Assembly (NCBI GenBank): GCA_963668025.2
Contig: CAXXTH010000011.1
Location: 128,001-192,000, forward strand
DNA: 64,000 bases
Direction of reading: 5' to 3'
Source: Candidatus Hydrogenedentota bacterium
Lineage (GTDB): Bacteria > Hydrogenedentota > Hydrogenedentia > Hydrogenedentales > SLHB01
The notes beneath the pieces are model-generated. The model had not been told where the DNA came from. It was given only the letters and a program-made list of their open reading frames with translations, and did not search any database. The first letter of the stretch is position 1. Each line of letters starts with the position of its first letter. A program made the translations under genes and the position numbers. Shown piece by piece: positions 56,837-64,000 of the stretch.

Positions 56837-59077
56837 TCAATGGCGAAGCCAATACTGATCATGCAGGTCCAGCATTTCCTGGAGCTTCCTGCGCCATAAA
56901 TTCACCCGGTCTGTATAGCGGCTGGATACATCTTGCATGACACCATACCGTCCGGCTCGGTCCAAATCATACAGTTCAATGGATTCGGCTCCATTTGGCG
57001 CGCCAGACTCAAACGGCGTCCGCCCGGTATTCCAATACAACCGCCAGCGCTCATTGCGCATGGTCATGGCTAAGGGCGCGCTTTCCATCGACACCGGCAT
57101 GACGCCGTTTGGGCCTTTCACAAAATCCTGGCCATCCACAGGTTCTGCGAACGGGGTATCCGCTTGCGCCAGCAGTGAAGGCGCAATATCTTCCAAGCTT
57201 ACAAAATCCGTACGCTGCTCATTTCCAAGCCACTGGGCATACAGGATAAGCGGCACATGCAGGCATGCCTCTGAAAGGCCTATTTTCGGCGGGCCATTAA
57301 GAGAAAAATCATAGCCATACGGCGATGTGACCACGATAATCGTATTTTTCCGGGTCTCATAATCCCGCACATGCTTGATGAATGCGCCCGCCTGCCTATC
57401 GAGATACGCCAATATCGTGTCATGAATATCTAGAGGCGAAGGTTCGACGCTTCCAGATGCGCTCGAGACCGCGCCGAATGGCGCGCCATATCGAGGCTGA
57501 AGTTGCTGGTCCGTCAACTCGCTCAGCCGGATAAACAACATGAAGTGCAGATTATTGTGGCTGTCAAGCCATTCTTGGGCATTATTCAACGTAAGGCGGG
57601 AGCCTGCGGGCTGGGCGGAAGGCTCGGGACGCTCTTCAGCCTCCGGCTCTGCTGCCGCCTCCATTTCCGGTTCTTCGCTGGGCAGCTCGAAGGCATCTTC
57701 TTCTTCCTCTGAAGGCTCCACAGGCGGAGCAGGAACTGCGGCAGGCGCATTCGGCTTGTCGGGCTGGTAGGAAGCATCAAACACCTCGAAACCTCGCTCA
57801 AAGCCGCTGCCATATGTCAAGTCGCCATGCGAATCGCCCTCTGTAAAGGCCGCAGTGGCATATCCTTTATTGCGGCATACTTCCGCTAATGTCGCAAAAG
57901 GCTCCGGAAGCGGGCTGGAATGGCCTCCTAAACGTCCATGCCGCAACGGATTAAGGCCTGTCGCCATACTCCAATAAGCCGCTGCTCCTTCTGGCGCTAC
58001 CGTATAGGCATTGCTGAAAAACAAGCTTGACCAGGCAAGTTTATCCAGATTGGGCGTCACCACCCGTTTATACCCCCCGCGTCCCATCTGCCCATAACTC
58101 AGCCCATCCAAGGCGATGATCACTATATTCGGATTGGCATGGTCTTCCGGATCGGTGCGCACCGTATGGACATATGGACCCGAAAGCAGGATCGAGCGGG
58201 TGCTCTGGACAACAGGGCGCAATCCGATTATCGAGCGCCACTTTGGCAGCTTCTCCGCCGTCCATGTCACTAGGCAATGCCCGACTCCTTGAGGGGCGTT
58301 GCTGGTGTCTATCTGCAGAGCAGCCCACCCCGAAGGGCGCATCGCCACCGCATACTGGTAAGATTTCTTTTTTATGCCGCGCAACGTGACGGTGACAAAG
58401 ATGCGCTTCAGGGGCTCGGGCGTATTCGGCGGATTGGCCCATCGCAAGGTAATGCCCGCGCCAGGGCATCCCGCCACCTCGGTTTCCACCACGGAGCCTT
58501 CCGGCATGGCGCGCGCGGAGGCGTATTCATTGCCCACCCGAACAGCTTCAATAGTTTCCGGCGCATTCGGGCGCGCCAACTCGAGGGCTTCCGACCAGCG
58601 GCTAAAACCTAGCATGCCGCAATAGCCCGACATGGCCGCACAGGCCGCCCATAACAGCGCTTTCGAATGGTTTCCAGGCGCGCTTTGCAACGCCGTGAAA
58701 AAAGAAAACAGCTTAAGCGCGGCATGAACGGCCAAAAATACGGCCAAATACGCCAGCGGTTCCGCTTTAGCCAGTTCCGGGATCGGCCACTTTACGTGTA
58801 CATGAAATAAATAAGGCAGCAGCGCCAAAGCCGCTAACTGCGACGCTCCATCGGCCGCCAAAAAGCTCTTTCCCTGCGCGGGCTTGTACAGGGAGGCCAT
58901 TGTCATATATACAAACTGAAGCGCGGCATATCCCGAGCCAGCCCCCACCGCCAGCGCCACCCCCATATCGTACCCAACTACATAGCCTTGGCCCGCCATG
59001 ACCTGTTGGACAAAAAGCCCCACAAGCCCAGAAGCGGCGGTGACAATCGCAAGATAAAATAAGTGGAGGACGATCAT
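56837..59077 (-). CDS. Membrane-anchored sulfatase-fold protein with degenerate active site
   Basis: N-terminal TMs; NIVIIALD, TPNLDKLA...FSNAY...TGLNPLRHG, HVPLIL and DIAPSL motifs; SD AAGGAG. Confidence 0.82.
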   Translation of the reverse strand: MIVLHLFYLAIVTAASGLVGLFVQQVMAGQGYVVGYDMGVALAVGAGSGYAALQFVYMTMASLYKPAQGKSFLAADGASQLAALALLPYLFHVHVKWPIPELAKAEPLAYLAVFLAVHAALKLFSFFTALQSAPGNHSKALLWAACAAMSGYCGMLGFSRWSEALELARPNAPETIEAVRVGNEYASARAMPEGSVVETEVAGCPGAGITLRWANPPNTPEPLKRIFVTVTLRGIKKKSYQYAVAMRPSGWAALQIDTSNAPQGVGHCLVTWTAEKLPKWRSIIGLRPVVQSTRSILLSGPYVHTVRTDPEDHANPNIVIIALDGLSYGQMGRGGYKRVVTPNLDKLAWSSLFFSNAYTVAPEGAAAYWSMATGLNPLRHGRLGGHSSPLPEPFATLAEVCRNKGYATAAFTEGDSHGDLTYGSGFERGFEVFDASYQPDKPNAPAAVPAPPVEPSEEEEDAFELPSEEPEMEAAAEPEAEERPEPSAQPAGSRLTLNNAQEWLDSHNNLHFMLFIRLSELTDQQLQPRYGAPFGAVSSASGSVEPSPLDIHDTILAYLDRQAGAFIKHVRDYETRKNTIIVVTSPYGYDFSLNGPPKIGLSEACLHVPLILYAQWLGNEQRTDFVSLEDIAPSLLAQADTPFAEPVDGQDFVKGPNGVMPVSMESAPLAMTMRNERWRLYWNTGRTPFESGAPNGAESIELYDLDRAGRYGVMQDVSSRYTDRVNLWRRKLQEMLDLHDQYWLRH

Positions 59078-59262
59078 GCCTTCTCCTTGATGAATACGCC
59101 CAACGCCGAATAAATGCTCCCCCATATCAAAACCTTCAGGAGTCTATGTCACAAGCAGAGGGAATGCAAACAAACCGGGCACGGAAAACCCATTTGGGCG
59201 TAAAAGCGCCGCCGTGGTATGCTTGGCCATTATCAAACAATTCATTTCCCAAGGAGAGAGCC

Positions 59263-60195
59263 ATGATGTCCGTAAACAACCTGCCCGGCCCGCCCCGGGT
59301 GCAGATTCAAACCCAGGCGGGGTGCAATGGCCGGTGCGTTTTCTGTCCGAACGATGCCGTGCTGAAAACGAAATTGCCCCATGGCAAAATGACGCCGGAG
59401 GTTTTCCGCAAAATAATCGATGAGCTCGCGGAAACACCGCCCCGGCGTGTCAGCTTGTATCTGATGAACGAGCCTTTGAGTGATAAACGCATGCCCGAAT
59501 TCGTGCGCTACACGGCGGAACGCATCCCCTCGGCAACCACGCTGATTACCTCCAACGGCACCAAGCTCTCCGAAGAATGCACGGAAGCGCTTATCACCGC
59601 TGGCCTAAAACGATTGAAAGTAAGCCTGCAATCTATCGATCCGGAAACGAATAAAGCCATCATGGGCTATTCGAGCGAACGGGTCATCGAGAATGTTTTA
59701 GGCGCACAGCGCGTGATCAAGCGCATGAAGGCCAAGCATTTCGACTTCCGCGTCTCCATGGTCGTCACATCGAAGACATTACATGAAGTCGACCGCGCCC
59801 GCGCATTCTGGAAAAAACACGGCATCCGCCTCGTCACGTCATCCTTGGAAAACCGGGGGGGCAACATCGGTATCGCGGAAGAACTCAACGGCGGTGAAAT
59901 GAAACAGCGGAGCCGCTGCATCCGCCCTTCCCGGGAGATGTGCATTCTCTACAATGGGGACGCCGTACTGTGCTGCGTGGATTGGTACCGTACCGTTGTG
60001 TTGGGCAATGTCGCCCAACAATCCGTCCAGGAAGTCTGGAACAGCCCCCGTTTGCAGGAGATCCGGGAAGCTTTCAGCATAGATGCATTCGACCGGCTGC
60101 CGGATATTTGCGTCCAATGTACGGAAAGCGCTTCGCCGGATAAACACCGGCGCGGCTTGCGCGCATGGTTCCACAAACTTGTAGCGGCCCGATAA
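59263..60195 (+). CDS. Radical SAM protein with SPASM/twitch domain
   Basis: CNGRCVFC; CIRP...GDAVLCCVDW...LGN...CVQC; SD AAGGAG. Confidence 0.9.
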   Translation: MMSVNNLPGPPRVQIQTQAGCNGRCVFCPNDAVLKTKLPHGKMTPEVFRKIIDELAETPPRRVSLYLMNEPLSDKRMPEFVRYTAERIPSATTLITSNGTKLSEECTEALITAGLKRLKVSLQSIDPETNKAIMGYSSERVIENVLGAQRVIKRMKAKHFDFRVSMVVTSKTLHEVDRARAFWKKHGIRLVTSSLENRGGNIGIAEELNGGEMKQRSRCIRPSREMCILYNGDAVLCCVDWYRTVVLGNVAQQSVQEVWNSPRLQEIREAFSIDAFDRLPDICVQCTESASPDKHRRGLRAWFHKLVAAR

Positions 60196-60223
60196 AAACG
60201 GATGCCTGCCGGGCTGAAAAAGG

Positions 60224-60823
60224 ATGAACATGCACCCAATAACAGAAGATAACGGTATTGCGGCGGCGCACCGCTTGATGCGGGAGCAAGATCCTGAACC
60301 ATCGCATGCGGAACAAGTCTGCCGGACAAGCCTCTCGCTATTCGACCAAACCAAAGAAATACATGGGCTGGGCGCGGAAGAACGCCGGTTGCTCGAAGCC
60401 GGTGCATTGCTACACGATATTGGATACGCGAAAGGCGCCGCCGGACATCACAAGGCTTCCCGTGATGCGATTCTCGTGGCGCGCCTCGAAGGCTTTACTG
60501 CCGTTGAATTGCGCATAATTGCATGCCTTGCCCGGTACCACCGGAAAGCGGACCCTAAGCCCAGCCATAAAGTATACTGCGACCTGCCTGAATCGCTCCG
60601 CAGCGTGGTATGCAAATTGGCCGCTCTCCTCCGCATCGCCGATGGACTCGACCGTTCCCATGACGCCTCCGCTCAAGCGTTACGGGTCGAGCGGGAGGGA
60701 AAGAAGGTCCGTATTTGGGTGAGCCAAGAACCGGTCAATGAATTGGACATATGGGGAGCCGAACGTAAACGGGGCCTTTTTGAATCAGTTTATGGATGCT
60801 CTGTACGCATTCGCGGCGAATAA
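60224..60823 (+). CDS. Stand-alone HD-domain protein resembling the Ppx/GppA C-terminal domain
   Basis: SHAEQV, LLHDIG, HHKAS, ARYHRK and LRIADGLDRSH motifs. Confidence 0.85.
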   Translation: MNMHPITEDNGIAAAHRLMREQDPEPSHAEQVCRTSLSLFDQTKEIHGLGAEERRLLEAGALLHDIGYAKGAAGHHKASRDAILVARLEGFTAVELRIIACLARYHRKADPKPSHKVYCDLPESLRSVVCKLAALLRIADGLDRSHDASAQALRVEREGKKVRIWVSQEPVNELDIWGAERKRGLFESVYGCSVRIRGE

Positions 60824-60894
60824 ATCCATGCCGTTGCGGCCTTGGCGGCTTTGCGTGAATATATTACTATACTACGAGCCGCGAACGGTATATA

Positions 60895-61620
60895 TCAGTT
60901 TGAGCCGGTTGAGCCGGTTTGTTCGGCGTTAGGCTGGACTGGCGGATTCGGCGAATCCTTTCCTGCCAGTGTAATGTCGGGGTAGTTCGCCATGATCTGC
61001 GTCAGGAGCTCGGGCGCAACCAGTTGGTGATTCGGCTTATTCTTGAACTGTACGGCTCGGGGAAATCCGTATTTCGCATCAACCGAGACCAACTCGTGAC
61101 CTGTCAGATGCCAACACCGGTAGACCCAGTAATTATGACCTTCGCACATAACGAGAACGCAGGTGATGATTTCCTTCTGCCCGTCTTTATCCAAATCGCA
61201 GATGTCGTCAGAAGTGAACCGGTCGGAAGGAACAGTAATCACCGAAAACTTGCCCGGAGCGTACTGCGAGAAGAGCATCAAATCACAGCCAAGACCGAGG
61301 CCCTGCGTCCCGTGGTATACCTCCTTGACCACGTCCTCCAGCCCATCTTTGTTGAGATCGGCAATCACTGTCTTCGTCATTTGGGACCAATTGTCAGTGG
61401 GTTGCACCAGCACATTTGCACCTCCAACGGCAATCCGGAACTCACCGTCGCATTCCTCGCTTCGAACGAACGAAGTGGCAACGTTCTGTCCGGTTTCGGA
61501 TTCCGTGCGTGTGGCGGCGACGCGTGACATCTCCTTCACAGTAAACGGGGAATAATCCTTATCCAGAGCAAACGCCGCCGATGCCCAAGTCGCTATGGCC
61601 AATAAGATGATGGCTTTCAT
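60895..61620 (-). CDS. Secreted hypothetical protein with two FG-GAP/VCBS-like DxDxDG loops
   Basis: Signal peptide; ADLNKDGLEDVV and CDLDKDGQKEII; SD GGAG. Confidence 0.75.
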   Translation of the reverse strand: MKAIILLAIATWASAAFALDKDYSPFTVKEMSRVAATRTESETGQNVATSFVRSEECDGEFRIAVGGANVLVQPTDNWSQMTKTVIADLNKDGLEDVVKEVYHGTQGLGLGCDLMLFSQYAPGKFSVITVPSDRFTSDDICDLDKDGQKEIITCVLVMCEGHNYWVYRCWHLTGHELVSVDAKYGFPRAVQFKNKPNHQLVAPELLTQIMANYPDITLAGKDSPNPPVQPNAEQTGSTGSN

Positions 61621-61790
61621 CTTCGTTCTCCCGCTAAAAGGCCCATTGCCAACACACTCTTGCTACCTGGTTTATACCATGAATACAAGACAAATCCCAT
61701 CTGACATACTGGCGCATTTGCTCATAAAAGCAGGCGTCATTGTCGTGTAACATGGAATGCGCAGGCTCACTTGCCTGGTGGAGTTGAGCC

Positions 61791-61937
61791 ATTTCAACGC
61801 CGAAGCGCGAAGTACGCAGAGTATCCCTTTCTTCTCTTTTTCACTAATGTAGTTCATTCTCGAATGTACGAAGAAATTGCTTGAGAATAATTTTTTCTAC
61901 TTTGCGGACCTCCGCGTTCTTCGCGCCTGCGTTGAAC
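61791..61937. repeat. Imperfect inverted-repeat element with 9-bp-periodic arms
   Basis: TTCAACGCCGAAGCGCGAAGTACGCAGAG ... CTTTGCGGACCTCCGCGTTCTTCGCGCCTGCGTTGAA. Confidence 0.6.
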
Positions 61938-62032
61938 AATGATCGTCTAGATTGATTTTTATTAATATATAATGGTTTTATTCATACGGCAAATATATTA
62001 CTCAAATATAAAAATATATAAATATTACAAAA

Positions 62033-64000
62033 TTATTCAGATAGGGGAAACGTTGGCGGCGCATCTACTGAATCAAGCACGATCATGGCCTTTTGCCCCG
62101 CCATGACGCGTTCTCCGCCCGCGACGCGTTTAGACTGCTCCACGCCGCAAATATCATAAGGTGAGGTGCGGGCCGTATTGAGCCTAATGCGCCATTCACC
62201 AGGCGGTATGATGAAGGTGACTGGCTCAGTGGTAGGATTAAAGAGCATATACAGCGCCACGCCAATATTTTCGCTCCCATCGATGCGGCAGGCGATGGCC
62301 AATTCCCCCGAGGCCCAATCTACATCCTTTCCCGCGGCGCTATACCAAAGCAAATCGGGATTCTGTCCGGTTTTCTTTGGCTGGCCCGTAAAAAAGGCCG
62401 TTCTCGAAAACACCGGATTGGCTTTCCGAAATCGGATGGTTTCTTTGCAGAAGCGGAACAGATCCGCATTCTTCTCAACCAGCCGCCAGTCTAGCCACGA
62501 GAGCTCGTTATCCTGGCAATAGGCGTTATTATTACCTAGCTTCGTGCGGTTAAATTCATCGCCGCTCAGCAACATAGGCACGCCCAGTGAACAGAACAGC
62601 GTGGCGATATAGCTTTTCTGAAGCCGCAGCCGAAGCGCTTGGATGATGGGGTCATCGGTCTCACCTTCCTCACCGCAGTTCCAGGAGTAGTTTTCATCCG
62701 CCCCATCACGGTTGTTTTCGCCATTCGCTTCATTATGTTTGCGGTTATAGGACACGAGATCATGCAAAGTGAACCCATCATGGGCCGTGATGAAGTTAAT
62801 GCTGTGCTGGGGCGTACGGCCATTATGCTGATATAAATCAGGGCTTCCTGTTATGCGCCGGGCAAAATCGCCTTTCGCCCCTGCATCGCCCCGCCAAAAA
62901 CGCCGCATGTCGTCGCGGTATCGTCCATTCCATTCCGCCCAGCGGCCGCGCCCAAATCCGCCTACTTGATATCCCCCCGCCAAATCCCATGGTTCTGCGA
63001 TGATCTTCACATTGCGAAGCAGCGGGTCTTCCTCGATCCGCTGCACCAGCGGCGAATCCGCACTCAAAAGGCCATCGCGGTCCCGGTTCAGAATACACGC
63101 CAAATCAAAACGGAACCCGTCCACATCGAACTCCGCCACCCAATACCGCAGGCAATCCAGTATCAAATCGCTCATAACCGGATGGCTGCATTGCAGCGTA
63201 TTGCCGCAGCCCGTCATATCGCGGTATTTGCCATCCGCCCCGACATAATAATAGATAAGGTTGTCGATGCCGCGAAAGGATAGCGCAGGCTCCTTTTCCC
63301 CTTGTTCCGCTGAATGGTTAAAAACCACATCGAGAATCACTTCGATGCCCGCTTCATGAAAAGCATCGATCATCTCGCGAAATTCCGTGATCTGTGAACC
63401 GGGGCCGTCACCAACGGCATACCAGGCGTCCGGCGCGAAAAAACCAATGGGCTGGTATCCCCAATAATTGACCAAAGGCTTGCCCGTGAGGGGATCCTTC
63501 CGTTTGGGCATTTCGCGCTCGCCGCAATAATGAACCGGAAGCAATTCCACCGTGGTAACACCTAAGTCCAACAAATAAGGGATTTTTTCCCGGGCGGAAC
63601 GAAATGTGCCCCCGAATGTGGCGTTTGAACTCGGATGGGCGGTCAGACCTTTTACATGAACTTCATACACAACTGTATCTTGAGGAGCCACCCGCATCCG
63701 GGAGACACGCGGCCTATCCAGGCGTTCGACTACCACGCAACGCATTTGGACGCTTCCCGCATTTCCCTCGATGGCCCGGGGCATAGGGATCAACCAGGTA
63801 ACGTGAAGCATCATAAAAATGCCCGAATTGAGGCGATTTTGGCCCATCCATCCGATACATGTACAGAGCAGATGGCGCTAATCCTTTAACGAAAACCGTC
63901 CAGATGTCGCCCAAGCGGTGGATATCCGGCTCCAGCGCATATTCAATGGATGGTTTCTCTGCGCCAGGTTCGAAGAGAGCCAGCCACACCGCCGTGGCAT
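62033..64000 (-). pseudogene. glgX: Glycogen debranching enzyme GlgX (GH13); 5' end outside window; +1 frameshift at the run 63778-63781 (possibly a sequencing error)
   Basis: YEVHVKG, NYWGY, DVVFNH, DGFRFDL, AEPWD and AHDGFTL motifs; upstream frame GDIW...LVDPYA rejoins as DPYARAIEG after removing one base. Confidence 0.9.

Noticed and set aside
59263-60195. Radical SAM/SPASM protein as the maturase of the 42448 peptide
   Set aside because: About 17 kb away, no N-terminal RRE-sized extension, and it looks more like small-molecule/sugar twitch enzymes; no support from this window
1-64000. tRNA, rRNA, riboswitches and CRISPR arrays
   Set aside because: None recognised by eye; an Infernal/Rfam and tRNAscan run would be needed to exclude them formally

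Overview
Moderately GC-rich bacterial chromosomal window. The gene style suggests Candidatus Hydrogenedentota, but this is inference and untested. Contents in order: HU-tatC-tatB; a VWA / FHA-FHA-ABC exporter / Ser-Thr kinase / glycine-zipper lipoprotein operon; a WecA / O-antigen-ligase-TPR / TPR operon; a complete Thermus-order V/A-type ATP synthase operon (G-I-K-E-C-F-A-B-D) followed by a PTS EIIA; MATE, hemB and an orphan ECF sigma; an intact IS630 element with a -1 frameshift; fabI; tandem DUF4139 paralogues; a minor-pilin/PilX cluster; a glycan-related cluster; and a partial glgX. Most notable: (i) a stand-alone 49-aa Cys/Trp-rich peptide gene with its own promoter and a leader-like N-terminus (42448-42597); (ii) a Hel308/Ski2-like helicase with altered motifs II/VI fused to an OmpR-type winged helix, behind a near-consensus promoter whose spacer reads CTG-N10-CAG; (iii) adjacent convergent GH38-like and sulfatase-like proteins that have both lost their metal-binding/catalytic residues; (iv) several families of non-coding, often nested REP/MITE-like and 9-bp-periodic repeats. 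Three genes carry +1 insertions in short G/C runs, which are probably sequencing errors. No rRNA, tRNA or CRISPR array was seen.
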